The position numbers and the translations under genes are program-made. The notes beneath the pieces are model-generated. The model was not told where the DNA came from, did no database searches, and worked only from the letters and a program-made list of their open reading frames with translations. 64,000 nt of DNA from Lingula anatina (lineage: Eukaryota; Animalia; Brachiopoda), in the NCBI GenBank assembly GCA_051362555.1, contig CM120642.1, forward strand, positions 20,150,001 through 20,214,000. Reading direction: 5' to 3'. Within the stretch, counting starts at the first letter, position 1. Each line of letters opens with the position of its first letter. Positions 26,401 to 41,405 of this stretch are shown one piece after another.

Positions 26401-29400
26401 AGTTATGTATGTACAGTACATGTCTCTAACAGCACGTCCATGGTATCAACTTCTTATCTTTAGGAACAGTAAACCATATTTTATCTCTATAATTCTTGTA
26501 AACTAGAATTAAAACCGTTACAAGAATTATAGAAACATGACAAATCTGATTGGGTACTTATTGGTTCTTTCTTATCATTTTTTTTTTTTCAGGTACACTT
26601 TTAACTCAAATGTTGCTCTTTTCATTGCAAATGAAAAGATCTGCAAGGATTTGAACTACTTTGAGATAGAAGTTGTGGACACTGGTCGCAGCGGCACTAT
26701 TACAATGGGCTGTGTCTCCGCAAGTCACAGGTCTAACAGACAGCCAGGGTGGGAACGGAACTCAGTGGCATACCATTTAGATGACGGAAGGTGAGATTTC
26801 TCTGACTTTGTTTGTTTCTTTGTTTCTTTGTTTTGTCTGTTTGTGTTTTCATAGTAAAGTTCATATATCTTATCATTTCTGGTTTGCTCTCTGTGGTTAT
26901 GCAGGTACTAAAATTATTCTAGAAAAATAGACTGTTTAAAAATACAGGAAGGATTAGCAAATTGTGGGCAGTGGGGAGGGAGGAGGAGGTTGGGTGAAAC
27001 ACAAAAAATTTACCAGCCATCCATCCTTGGAATCTTAATGTGTGTTCACAGTGAAACTTTAGTTATGGTACTACACTCCACTGGGACTCTTGCTGAATGT
27101 AAGCAGATTGAAAGCCCTGTAGTTAGATTAACACCCAGTCCCCCTCCTGGCACTATGTTGAATACTGAAGCTCTGGTGATTATACGAGGACACTGGAGAC
27201 AAGAGGAAGCATGTTAATCTGATTGCATATCAATGATAGGCATTGGATAGGATGAAACATGCATACTTAAAATTATTGTCAGGCATAATCAACACAAAAA
27301 TCCTTGCTGGCAAATTTGTATGAGTGGTTAACCATTATTTTCTTTTACTTGCAGTTTATTTGATAGAGAGAGTGGAAGTTCAAATTCGACAGCCTCTTCA
27401 TCCAAAGTGGGCCGTCCAGGGGACATTGTGGCTTGCCAGGTTTTAAGACCATTTGATGAAAAGGGAAACCTAAAGTTGAACGTCCCCGTGGATATTCAAT
27501 TTTTGAAGAATGGGAACCTGGTATATAATGTCCTATTATCTGATTTAAAAAAGGATTGAAGATTAAAATACTCAATGGAATTTTATTAAAGATACATTGA
27601 TATAGAATTTGAAAAATATGTATACTCAATGGAATTTCATTAAAGACTCCTTGATATGAAATTTGAAAAAAATATCTGGTTATAATGAAAACAAAAATAA
27701 TTTTGGGGGGGGTCACACAGCATATTTGCTAAATTAATAATTATAACAATTATTTTTCACCTAGTCCAGTTGGCCATGATTTAACCATCATGGTGATATT
27801 ATTAACAAAACTGTAACTATGTGGTGCCCATGTTTCCTCTAGAAAGCTGATTTTATATATGTTTACATTAATATATTACATATTAGTGTAAGAATAGTGG
27901 CTTTGTTATAATCTATGCATTTTTCTTTTATGTCTAGATGCACGAGAGCAGATTCACATTTTCTGCTCAACCCTATCCTGCAGTTGGTATGCACAGCAGA
28001 GGAGAGATTTTCAGATTCAAAACTGTAAGTCCAATGTAAACTGTTTTTACTAATGATATTAAAATTTTATATTAAAATTCAGTTCTATAAAAAACTTGTA
28101 TCATGGGCTGTGCATTTCAATTTGTGGAGACCTGAAATAAAACTGATGTGTCCTGCATTAAATTCATACCTTCTATAGCACGCAAGGACTATATAGGTGT
28201 ATTAAAAGTCAAAGAAAAGGCATGTGTTTTTCACTGGATCTTGGTTTATTCACATGGATTCACAAGACACGTAAAAACTAAAAAGAAGAAAAAAGAAAAA
28301 GAAAATTACAACAATGTACTTACTAACGGTTATTTACGTGTTCAAATTTACTTACTCAAAAAACTTGTACATTTCAATTATCACCAATAATAAATAACTA
28401 ATCATCAATAATCAATAATAATCAATAAACAGTATTAAAACTCACCATTTCTGCCATTCCTTTAAACTATAAATTTCAAGTAGAAATAACAGATTCAAAA
28501 GTAAGAGTACTATGTGTTTCTCCTACGGAGACACTGTGATGAATGAAATAAAGTGCAAAACTCATGGGGCACCACCCTGAATGAAAAGTTGTCACTTATG
28601 CAAATGAGTGCATTAGATGAGCCGGACACCAGGCTCCTCAATCACAACAAATGTAAACTAAACCTTACATACCGGCCACCGAAAGGCGATTTAATCAAGA
28701 TTCAAAATAGCCTTTCTAATCAAATATAAACACTATTTAATTTACTCAAAAAATGTCCTATAAAGTCACTGTCACTTAAATGCATTGCACATTAAACAAA
28801 ATTTCCTTCCAATAAACACAATTTTCGCACATCACGGCGAAAGCGTCCCTTGGCTGTTTTAACAATCACCTGGCGCACATGTCCGTATTTATCAGGAAAA
28901 GTTTCCTCTATCAGTCCTTTAGGCCACTGGCCGCGAAAGGCATTTTCATCAATAAGCAAAACAAAGTCACCTTTTTCAAAGTTTTTTGCTGGTCGGAGCC
29001 ATTTCTGACGTTCTTGAAGCACTGGCAAGTATTCTTTAATCCATCGCTGCCAAAATTGGTCTGCAATTAACTGCGCGTGTTTCCACTGTTCATTATATTG
29101 ATCACGTTCTGTGAAATTGTCAGCGGGCAAACAGGGATTCGAACGCAGCAACAGTAGTTGATTTGGTGACAAAGTTTCTAGTTCGTAATAATGGTCTGCT
29201 TTGCGGATCAACGGACGATCATTCATGATTTTCTCAACTTCAGTAAGTACAGTAAGTAATGTCTCGTCATCTACCAATCTATTTCCCAAAATCGAACGCA
29301 TGATTTTCCGCACTGATCTGATTAAACGCTCCCATACGCCACCTGCGTGGCTTGCATTTGGAGGATTGAAATACCACTGAATGTTGCGTCGTAACAGAGA

Positions 29401-32400
29401 ATCACTGATTTTTTCTTGATTCCACTGCTGTAAAATGCGTTTTAGATCTGCTTCAGCACCTCTGAAATTGGTCCCGTTGTCACTGAAAATTTCACACGGC
29501 GGTCCTCGCCGACTAATGAAACGCAAAACTGCTTGAATGAACGAGTCTGATGACAGATTATATGACATCTCCAAATGAACTGCTCTAGTCGCCATGCACG
29601 TAAAAATGCAACCATAACGCTTATTTGTTCGTCTTCCGCATTTCACTAACAGTGGTCCAAAGTAGTCGACACCAACTGAATGAAATGGTGGCTTCCCTGG
29701 TGTCACACGACTTCTTGGAAGTGGGGCCATAACTTGACTGCTGGGAACTGCATTCCATCTTCGGCACACCATGCACTTGCGAATGACTTTTTTCACTGTT
29801 GACAATCCTCGCGTTATCCAAAATTCTTGACGTATCACAGATAACACGTGATATGCTCCCACATGTCCTTCTTTAATGTGATAGTGTCGCACAATGATTT
29901 CAGTGACGTGATGATCATGCGGTAGAATTTTCGGGTGTTTCTGTGAGGTAGATATCGCTGCATTCTGGAGACGTCCTCCTACACAAAGAATCCCTTCAAT
30001 TTTGATCGGAGATAGCTTGCGCAATGGGCTCACGTATCCCTTGGAATCAGGTTTTTTGGTCATTGCAGATGATACAACGTTGCACTCTTTGGGAAATGAT
30101 TTTGCTTGTATATACATCACGATAGCATCAGTAGCAAGCGCGATTTCCTGTACTGTTAATGGTTCATTGTTTCTATCTACTGTCAATTGTCTCACGCGGG
30201 ACAGTAAGTAGCGTTTGAAACGCAAAATCCAGGCAACTGATTTCTGTAAAGTATACCACGATGAGAAATGATGCAACAATCGCTCTACACCGTCCGATAC
30301 TTCCGACGACGTAGTGACGTGTATCTGAGCTGATTTACGTTTCACTTCTCTGTCATTTTCTGGAATTTCATGTAGATTATCTGGTTGTTTCGGCCAGTGT
30401 ATCTCGGGCTGATACAAGAAAGCTGGGCCATGTAACCAACGATGTATGTCATCACCGTTGTCACTTCTGAGCTGTATTCCTCTGGAAGCGTAATCTGCCG
30501 GGTTCTGATCTGAATCAACATGATACCACTGCGATGGGGATGAAACATCATGTATCATTTGTAAACGATTGGCAACAAAAACATGGAATCTGGTCGCGGA
30601 ATTCCGAATGTACTGGAGCACAATCGTAGAATCTGTCCAGAAAACAACACGATGAATGGGCAGTTGTAGTTCTTCCATCATTTGTTTGTGGACTTTCGCA
30701 GACAATGTAGCAGCTGTTAGCTCCATTCGAGGAACAGTCACTGTTTTCAGAGGCGCAACACGTGATTTCCCCATGACAATGGTGCAAGATACTTGCTGGT
30801 TAATATCAACAAATCGCAAGTAGGAAACAATGCCATAGCCGGATAAGGAGGCATCTGAAAAATGGTGAAGTTCAATGGACTGAATATCTGCTAATTGAGC
30901 TGATTTGTAGCATCTTGGGACTTCAATTGTTTGTAAATTGTCCAATCCTTCTCTCCACTGTGTCCATGCATTAAGATGCTCTGCAGGTAAGTCACTGTCC
31001 CACGCAATGCCTTCCCGACACAATTCTTGGAGTATCTGTTTAGGTTTGAGAATAAGTGGCGCTGCAAAACCCAGTGGATCATATATCGATGCAATAAATG
31101 ACAAAATACCTCTGCGAGTATTCTTTATATCTCTCTCACGGACGCAGTATCCAAATGTATCCTTTTCTATGTTCCACTGTACGCCTAACGCATGTTCTAT
31201 CGGCTGTTTGTTAAAGTTTACATTTCTGACCGACGGTGCTTGCTCCGCAGTGGGCACACTGGATAGAACTTCCTCCTGGTTCGATATCCACTTGGTCAGA
31301 TGAAATCCACCTTTCTGCAGTAGCGAGGTGAGTTGAGTGATCATCATCTTAGCTTCATCAACGGTCTCTACAGACTTTAAGCAATCGTCAACATAGAAGT
31401 TTCTGTAGACAGTTTCAACGGTCTGGAAATCAAAGTCCTTTCCATGATCTTCTGCATTTTTGAGGAGAGCGTAGACTGTACAACTTGCAGAGGAAGTAGC
31501 ACCAAACACGTGGACTAACATTTGGTATTCTTCTGGTTGTTTGCTGAGATCTCCTGCCGGCCACCATAGGAATCGTAAGGCGTCACGATCATCAGGGTGC
31601 ACTCTCACTTGATGATACATTTGCTCAATATCAGCAACAATGGCTATCTTCTCCTGGCGGAATCTAAGGAGAACTCCAATGAGTGAATTGGTCAAATCCG
31701 GACCCTGTAACAAGGAATCATTCAGCGAAACGCCTGCATATTTCGCTGCACAATCGAAGACAACTCTAATTTTGGACTTCTTTGAATTGATCACAGGGTG
31801 ATGAGGTAAGTACCAAACAGAATTGCTGTTGTTATGCAGATTTCTGTGGTCAATCTTCTGAGCGTGTCCTTTATCAATATACTCCTGGAGAGCTTGAGTA
31901 TACTTCTCTCGTAGTTTTTCGTCACGCTGTAAACGTCTTTTGAGCAGATTCAAGCGCTTTTCAGCTGCTGGCTTATTATTGGGTAAGAGCTCGTCTGACT
32001 TCCAAGGAAGTGAAACTTGGTAATGTCCGTCAACAAATACCACGGACTCATCCATGATTCTCTTCGCTTTCCTATCTTCAAATGACATGCACTGGTTGCT
32101 GCTGACTGAAGACTCACTGAATTCATTGTTGTACATCTTGGATAGTTGGGCAGAAATGGAATCGCAGCCTCTCAGAGAATTGTCACATCCGAGTACCTGG
32201 TCTGCGTGAATGAAATTAACCGTGACGTCACCATCATTTGGTCTTTTCATGGGACCTAATATAGTCCATCCTAAAATCGTTCGGATCGCGTACGGTTGTT
32301 TCTTATCGCCTCGTCTCTCTTCTATGCGCCAATGAGCTTCAGGGTGATCATTACCGATGAGAATGGTAACTGTTTTGTCATCTAGCTCTGGCAGTTGCAC

Positions 32401-35400
32401 ATCTTTCAAATGGCTCCACTCTAAAATGTCCTCATTGTTTGGAATGTTCTTTTCACAGATGGGTAGTCTGTCGGTCGTCCAAACTTGATCTAGAATCAAT
32501 CCTTGCTGGCTATTGATAGCTTTCACTTCTAGCTGTACTTCTTGTCCTTGGTTTACGCAACTTTCATCGTTAACTGTACTGACACTGTACTGGATAGATT
32601 TCCCTCTGACACCTAACTTTTCAGCTAAACTGTGTAAACATAAACTGTGATCAGATCCATTATCTAAAAATGCATAAGTTTCAATAATCGGTCCACCATT
32701 GCCGCCGCTCACGGTCACTGGGACAATCTGTAGACTGATTCTTCTTCCTGTCGCTACCGCAGCACTCTGGACTGCAACTACGGGGTCAGTAACAACAGAC
32801 GTAGCGTTGGCACCAGGCTCACGTTGCAGTGCGGGGCTGTTGGCAGGTACACAGGGTGGGTGTAGTAACGCGTGATGTCGCTTGCCACATCCAGGGACTT
32901 GACACAATTGTTTCCATTGACACGTTCTCGCCGTGTGTGGAGGGTTGGACTGAAGACAATTGAAACACAGTTTGTTTTCCGACACAAAATTTCTCCTATC
33001 GCTGTAATTCATTCTAGCAAATTTGAAACATTGCTTGATAGTATGATTTCCAGAGCAAAACACACACGGGTCTTTCTGGACTGACGATGGCTGGGACTTG
33101 TTGGAGTTGCTTTTCTCGGCAGGGTGAACGTTAGTGGCTAGGGTAGTGGTCTTATAGGACGGGTTGTGACAACTGACCTTTGACTTAGGTTTCACATCCG
33201 GCTTGGATCCTACCAATTGTCCGAACCTTGTGTTGGCAATCTGTACCATTTCCTCCAGGTAATCTGAGAGATCCTTGAACTTGACCTCAATCCACTGATT
33301 TAACAATTTTCCGGAACGTTTGGCCCATCCAGCTTGGAGATATTGCGGTAATCGCCGGACCACTTTTTCCAGAGTATCCATAGAATTCAAATCTTCATAG
33401 TATCCCATCTTGGATGCTGTCATTTGGCACGTAGTCATGTCTCTTGAGAGCTTGGAGAGTCGTGTAATGTCTGATGCTTTAATGGGAGGACCTGTTACTA
33501 TTTTCTCCAACATAGCTTTGATGATAATGTGTTTTTGTCCGAAATGGGTCTGTAATATGTTTCTAGCCTGGAAATAACCTTCCTCTGGTTCAAGTATGAC
33601 ACAGCTTTTTATGGCTTCTTTGGCTTCACCTGTGCAGTACTGTATGAGATATGACAGTTTACTTCTAAATTCTGGTACTCTTTGTTCAATATTAGTCTCA
33701 AAGTTTCTTATGAAAGTCGGGTATGATACGGGATCACCATTGAAATACAAGTACTCACGTTTGGGCATTTCTTGGTTCAGCGTGATTTCTTGTAAAGTTC
33801 GTTGTTGTTGTTGAAGTAAGTGTGCTACTTGGTCATTCATGGTAAGCTGACGTTGTTGCTCTATGGTAGACGTACCTATTGACTGCGCCGTCATAGGTGT
33901 ATATTCCGTTGCATGTGGGTTTAACGTCATGGTTGGATCTGTATGTGATGGCACAATGTACGGTTGTGGTAGCTGTGACGGTTGTGACGACTGGGCTGCC
34001 GTAGGGAACTGCTGTGGTTGATTTGTCCTTGACATCGGTTTCGGTTGAGTGGGCTCCGTCTCATATGATACTCCTAATTGCTGAAGCTGTTGCGTGGAAT
34101 GCGGGTGATGTGCATTCATGCGTGACCGCTGTTGCTCACTCTGCTGTTGCTGTTGTGCACCGATATGCTGATGAGAAACATGATCGGAATTTGTCAGATT
34201 ATGTGCATCAATAGTATCAACGTTACCTTCTTCCATGGAATTAAAGTAGCGATCAATCGTGAAGTTGTGTTCCGATAAAGATGCGTCTTCCTGAATTTCA
34301 GCCTCAATTTCCCGCCGTCTCACCTGGGCTCGTAGGGAAAGCATTCTCATTTCATCTTTTAGTTCTTGCTCACGATACCGACGTCTTAGTGCAGTTTCCG
34401 CTTCTTCTAATTCCAACTGAGCATTAGCAATAGCGAGTGCTGCTTTTGTTCTTTGGGATTCCGATGCCGAACGCAAACTGTTGGTTCTGAATCGTCTATG
34501 GGATAGTCCGAAATCTTGTAAGCTGCCGTGGTACGCCATGATGGAATTTTCCGTGGGATGATTGAGAAATGTTTTTACTTTATATAGCACGCAAGGACTA
34601 TATAGGTGTATTAAAAGTCAAAGAAAAGGCATGTGTTTTTCACTGGATCTTGGTTTATTCACATGGATTCACAAGACACGTAAAAACTAAAAAGAAGAAA
34701 AAAGAAAAAGAAAATTACAACAATGTACTTACTAACGGTTATTTACGTGTTCAAATTTACTTACTCAAAAAACTTGTACATTTCAATTATCACCAATAAT
34801 AAATAACTAATCATCAATAATCAATAATAATCAATAAACAGTATTAAAACTCACCATTTCTGCCATTCCTTTAAACTATAAATTTCAAGTAGAAATAACA
34901 GATTCAAAAGTAAGAGTACTATGTGTTTCTCCTACGGAGACACTGTGATGAATGAAATAAAGTGCAAAACTCATGGGGCACCACCCTGAATGAAAAGTTG
35001 TCACTTATGCAAATGAGTGCATTAGATGAGCCGGACACCAGGCTCCTCAATCACAACAAATGTAAACTAAACCTTACACCTTCTTTCAATTTCACAATGG
35101 ATTTGCAGAGCTAAGTATTCAGATCATATTATTTGATATTATTTGTTGCTCTCTGTGTAATTGCAGCCCAAGTTCAAGCGTCCACCATTAATGAGAAGAG
35201 TTGAATTGCTGGATGGTAATTATTTGCGGTAAGTATTTTATGTATGGTGTTTTTATTTATGTATTGTGTGTATGTGTGTGTGTTTGCGTGCGTGCATGCA
35301 TGCATGCGTGTGTGAGAGAGAGAAAGGCGAACTTAATAGTAATGCTATGAAACTGTACATTGTTTAGTGCAGGTTTGGGGGATGGGGGGTTAATGGTGCT

Positions 35401-36632
35401 GTTAAATGCATCCTGAGTCTGCAGAGTACAGGGGTTATTAGAATGCTTCAAGGAATGAAGTATAAATTGAGGTTCAAAGTATAAAATTAAGCAATGTTTG
35501 ATATGCTTTTATACGGAGATTAAATTTCTATGTTTTTGTCACTCAGTATGAAATTCAATCACCCAGTCTTGCTTGGGACTGTATATCTTTGGAGTGGTTG
35601 AAATCTCACATCAGTGATGTATAATAAGAATGATCATTATTTATTGATTGTTTATTTTCTCTCTCAGGAGCACCGGTGGAGGAATGGGGCAGTATATTGG
35701 TATTGTTCCTCTTGAGGTCAATGACTATTTTGAATTTGAGATTTTGAACATAGATATGCAACACCACGCCATCACAATAGGAGCTGTGTCGAAATCCCAT
35801 TCAGAATCTGACCAGCCCGGTTGGAGGAGAAATTCTATTGGACTTCATGCTGATGACAGAAAGTAAGATACTTTTTTTGAATTAATTTCTTTCCTGTGAA
35901 CATCTGGTTCTTAAAGGGTGTGAAAAAAAAGGAAGGAGTTTTAGAAATCTAGTTCCTGCTGTCAAGTGCGAGTATTTTGTTTCATTTGGTGTATTGGAGC
36001 TATTTGAGAAGTTGCATATTTAACAAGTAGAGCATAGTCCAATGTGGATTTAGAAGTATATAATAAGTATGATACTTTGCAAAATAGGAGATTTCAACTC
36101 ACCAAATGGAGGCCTGAAATTCCACAAGACTTAAAAGTTATTATACACATTGTCATAGTTGGAATTTGCTTAAGTCAGTTATCTGTATTTGATTAAAAAA
36201 AATGCTAAATAAATTTTTGTTGCTTGTCCCTTTGTACAAGTCATATAGTTTACTGGCCTTACCGCAAACTCTTTCACATTGACTGTACCCCCAGATTTTA
36301 GCTATTTTTCCATTTATTTATTCAATATATAAATTTTTTTATTATTACAAGTTTTGACATGCTTTGAGAGCTTGTAGTAAGTTATCTGCATATAGCTGTA
36401 AATTAAAAGTTTGTGGAAAACACGATAACTGAATAATAACTTAAAAGTAATTTTCCACTTTTAGATGTTTTCGGGGAGGGGGATCTTTTGTGCCCAACTA
36501 TCCAGAAAACTTGGCAGGCAAAGATTTTGCAGTAGGAGACAAGATGGGGTGTGGACTGCGTCACTTTGACGTGCCAAATGGCCAGAATGTCCTCTGCATT
36601 TACTTCACATGGAGTGGGTCAATAGTATGTCT

Positions 36633-36684
<52 letters not shown>

Positions 36685-37143
36685 GCACATAAGTGTATGA
36701 ACACACGTTCAGGCATAGACACACATTCACACAACGAGCGTGCACAGTATTACACAAACACACACATCACCTGCATATCTTTGGAGGCATTATTCTTCAT
36801 TTTTTTTTCAATTTTAGGTAGTAAAAGTACCCAGAGAGGAAGTTGCCCCACCTGACGTCCCATTGTTTCCCTTCATAAACCCTGGGCTGCATTCGAATAA
36901 CGAAAGTGGTGTGAAAATAACAAGACCTTTCTTGTCCAGTAAGGTAAGATGGCTCCAATGAAAATAATATTGAAAACTTAAAACATGTATAAGCAAAATG
37001 AGGTAGGCCTATAACACTTGGCAAAGGAACATTCAATTTGGAGATTTCCTAATTTTAGTAGTCAGCTTGATCCCTCTCAGAGATAATGTGAAGGTGTTTG
37101 TCTTTGTGATTTGGGCACATTGGATTTATTGGAAGGTGATTAA

Positions 37144-37174
<31 letters not shown>

Positions 37175-38000
37175 GGCATATTATGTATTTGAAACTAGAC
37201 TTTGTGTGTTTTTATTAACTTTTCTTTGTGTATAATTTTCTTAATTTGTGATTACTTTGTTTAGGATGGTCCTTCACACGCTGGTGCAATCCCCCCTGAG
37301 CTTGTTAAGGCATCCCCTTCACAGATCTTGTATTGGGGCACACCCTTCCAAATTGCAGGGGTTGGGAAGGGCACTTTGAATGACCTGATGGAAATATATA
37401 CCCAAGCTGTGAACAAAGTACAGCAAACACATGCTGGCCTGTTGAAGCAGATGACAGCTTACAGTGATGGCTTGATGAGTGGGAAGATGTATGTATAGCA
37501 GAGCAATACTATATTGATATCGACTTTGTGAATATCAGATGCATAAATGACACACGTAGCATTGCAAATAATGATCATAGAATCTGATTTGTGTCTCAGG
37601 AAGGGCAGGGTGCATCTTTTTTTTTTTTGGTCTCAAAACTGAGGCCTTAAAAATAATTGTCTAACTTGACACTTTTTAATGACAGGCCTGAGCTTATATA
37701 GTAGCCATCTCTATTAAAGAGGTCAGTGCCAGGCCAACTGCATTTTACTCAGTCAGTCATTTTTAAAGTGTTCTTCAACTGGTGCTTCAGTACATATATT
37801 ATTACAAAGCTGTCTTGTATGACAAATTTGTCTTTTTCTTACCTAAAGCCTAAAACTGAGGTTATTTGTGAAAAAGAGTCCACAGCCAGTCGTCAGCACC
37901 CTGCAGCTGAAAGAATCTCTCTTAACTTGGCATGAACTGATGTACTTTTTTTTATGTACAGACACAGGTGTGTCTGTACATATAGCCATCATCTGCGTCT

Positions 38001-38032
<32 letters not shown>

Positions 38033-41000
38033 GCACTTTTACCGATAACACGATAAGTGGAACACCGTTTTTGCTTTTGGCTTGAAACTTACAGAACTGA
38101 TAAATATTCATAATACGCAGGTCAAGTTCGAAAATCAGCATGATCGGGCCATTTTTAGGGAAGTTATGCTGTTTTTTCACTTTTTTCAGCATATATGCAG
38201 CACCGATAACACGATAAGTGGAAAACCATTTTACTTTTTGGCTTGAAACTTACAAAACTGATGAATATTCATAATCCGCAGGTTAAGTTCGAAAATCAGC
38301 ATGATCGGGTCATTTTTAGGGAAGTTACGCTGTTTTTTCACTTTTCTCAGCATATATGCAACACCGATAACACGATAAGTGAAATAACATTTTACCTTTT
38401 GGCTTGAAACTAACAGAACTGATGGATATTCATAATACGCAGGTCAAGTTCGAAAATCAGCATGATCGGGCCTTTATTTTAGAAGTTATGCTGTTTTTTC
38501 ACATTTCCTCAGATTCAATTATTAGGCATGTTAACAGTCTCATTATTTAACTAATAAGATACGTAAAAGTGTTTGTTTGATATTTCCTGCATTTTTACAA
38601 CATTGTTAATTGATTGTGTAAAAATGATGGTAAACTTGTTATCGTGTATTGTGAAATAAAGTGTCAAAAACGGTAATAAACTCATCATTGCAGTTTGTCA
38701 GATTCAATCATCCACTATGTTCAGAATCTCAGAATGGAGGAAATTGGACATTAAACACTGTTCTATTGATATTTTTCCCATCTCATCAATTTTCTTAGTT
38801 GGTCATATAAAAATGGCAACAAACTGTTTATTTTGTTTTATGTTAAAAAATGTTAAAAATGGAAAGAAACCCATTTCAGAACAGTGCTATCTTGTTTACA
38901 TTTTGGCATTTTTAAGATGTGACTTTGAAGTTCCATGAGCCTGCAGACCTTTGCTAGTCACGTTTTCTGAATGTTCATGTTACTAATATTCTATTATTAA
39001 AAATTGATGGTCATTATGCTGTAAAACATTATGTAATATTGCATCAAAATTTGAAGAAACCCCTATTTTGGGCACTGCTCCCATGATGACCATTTAAGAA
39101 AAACCATGTCACTTACTGTTTTCAAACTTACAGGAAAGAAACATGGGGCTAAAATACAGCGTCAGTAGGCAATGCAGTCTGTTTGGTAATTTTTTCTGGC
39201 AGTTAAACAGTTTTTTTGTGAAAATTTAATTTTTCACATATTGGCATTTTCAAGGTGTGACTTTGAAGTTCCATGAGCCTGCAGACCTTTGCTAGTCACG
39301 TTTTCTGAATGTTCATGTTACTAATATTCCATTATTAAAAATTGATGGTCATTATGCTGTTAAACATTATGTAATATTGCATCAAAATTTGAAGAAACCC
39401 CTATTTTGGGCACTGCTCCCATGATGACTATTTAAGAAAAACCATGTCACTTACTGTTTTCAAACTTACAGGAAAGAAACATAGGGCTAAAATACAGCTT
39501 CAGTAGGCAATGCAGTCTGTTTGGTAATTTTTTCTGGCAGTTAAACAGTTTTTTGTGAAAATTTAATTTTTCACATATTGGCATTTTCAAGGTGTGACTT
39601 TGAAGTTCCATGAGCCTGCAGACCTTTGCTAGTCACGTTTTCTGAATGTTCATGTTACTAATATTCTATTATTAAAAATTGATGGTCATTATGCTGTAAA
39701 ACATTATGTAATATTGCATCAAAATTTGAAGAAACCCCTATTTTGGGCACTGCTCCCATGATGACCATTTAAGAAAAACCATGTCACTTACTGTTTTCAA
39801 ACTTACAGGAAAGAAACATGGGGCTAAAATACAGCGTCAGTAGGCAATGCAGTCTGTTTGGTAATTTTTTCTGGCAGTTAAACAGTTTTTTTGTGAAAAT
39901 TTAATTTTTCACATATTGGCATTTTCAAGGTGTGACTTTGAAGTTCCATGAGCCTGCAGACCTTTGCTAGTCACGTTTTCTGAATGTTCATGTTACTAAT
40001 ATTCCATTATTAAAAATTGATGGTCATTATGCTGGTAAACATTATGTAATATTGCATCAAAATTTGAAGAAACCCCTATTTTGGGCACTGCTCTCATAAT
40101 GACCATTTAACAAAAATCATGTCAATTACCGTTCTCAAACTTACAGGAAAGAAACATGGATCTAAAGTACAGCTTCAGTTGGCAATGCAGTCTGTTTGGT
40201 AATTTTTTCTGGCAGTTAAACAGTTTTTTGTGAAAATTTAATTTTTCACTTATTGGCATTTTCAAGGTGTGACTTTGAAGTTCCATGATCCTGAAGACCT
40301 TTGCTTGTCACGTTTTCTGAATGTCCATGTTACTAATATTATATTATTAAAAATTGATGGTCATTATGCTGTTAAGCATTATGTAATATTGCATCAAAAT
40401 AGAAGAAAACACAATTTTTGGTGCTGCTGCTATGATGAGCATTATGGGAAAACCGTGTTATGACTGTCAAACCTTTAAAAAAGAAACACAGGACTAAAAT
40501 GCAGAATGAGTTGGAAAAGCAGTCTAATTGGCTTCTTTTTCTGGAAGTTATACATTTGAGTGAAATATTCATTATCTTTTTGGCATATTCATTGTGGGAC
40601 TCGGAGCTCCCATGGACATGAAGCCAAATGGTAATCAAATTTTCTACATGTCCATGCTATTTATTGTCAATAATCAAAGTTTGGTGATAATTATTCTATA
40701 ATTTATTATGTAATGTTACATCAAAATTGACAACAATATTTTTGCATTGCTACTGCAAACATTATGAAAAGAAAACTGTGTTACTTATTATTATTTTTAT
40801 CTTACAAGTATGATTTTTAGGATTGGCATGCAGTTCAAATTAGAAAGCCAGGTCAATTGGGTTATCATTTATTATTGACTATTGAATTATTGAATTTATG
40901 CAATTTTATGTGAAATTTTCATTTTTCTCATTCTGGCACTTTCTAAGTATAAACTTGAACTCTGATGGGCCTGAAGCCTTATGCTTTTACTTTTGTCGTT

Positions 41001-41336
41001 GTTACCTGTTGTGCATAATTAAAATTTGATGTTGACTGTGCAGTAAAACATAATGTATTATTGCATCAGAATTGGTAGTCTCCTATTTTGTGCATTATTG
41101 TTTTGTGCTTTTCTTAAGATGTGACTTATGGGCCTGAAAGACCTTTGAGAGGGTCAGTCTGTTAATATCCCTTGGGTATCACTTAGCTAATTTCTGAGTT
41201 ATAAAGTCATTTGCCTAATTGATAGGCCAATAAAGGAGATTACATAAAGCACACTTGTTGATATTTCCTTGTAAACTCCCAAAAGTTAAGCTCTCTGCTA
41301 GATTAATATTAAGGAAGCAGTGATAATTATGCAGGT

Positions 41337-41405
<69 letters not shown>

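Larger units (their letters stand above)
28174..35078 (-). mobile_element. Full-length BEL/Pao LTR retrotransposon, antisense in a Roco intron
   Basis: 496-bp LTRs at 28174-28669 and 34583-35078 with no difference found by eye. 5-bp TSD CCTTC at 28169-28173 and 35079-35083. One intact gag-pol ORF. Confidence 0.97.

Noticed and set aside
28148-28390. Twin plus-strand ORFs at 28148 and 34569
   Set aside because: Chance antisense frames across the identical LTRs.
28879-34214. Alternative-frame and antisense ORFs inside the retrotransposon
   Set aside because: Short shadows of the long gag-pol frame; no env-like or other extra gene is seen.
37325-37378. AGVGKGTL resembling a guanylate-kinase or Walker A P-loop
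   Set aside because: It lacks the first Gly at GxxxxGK spacing and sits just after the beta5/G4-equivalent strand of the pseudo-ROC. Treated as coincidence unless modelling shows otherwise.
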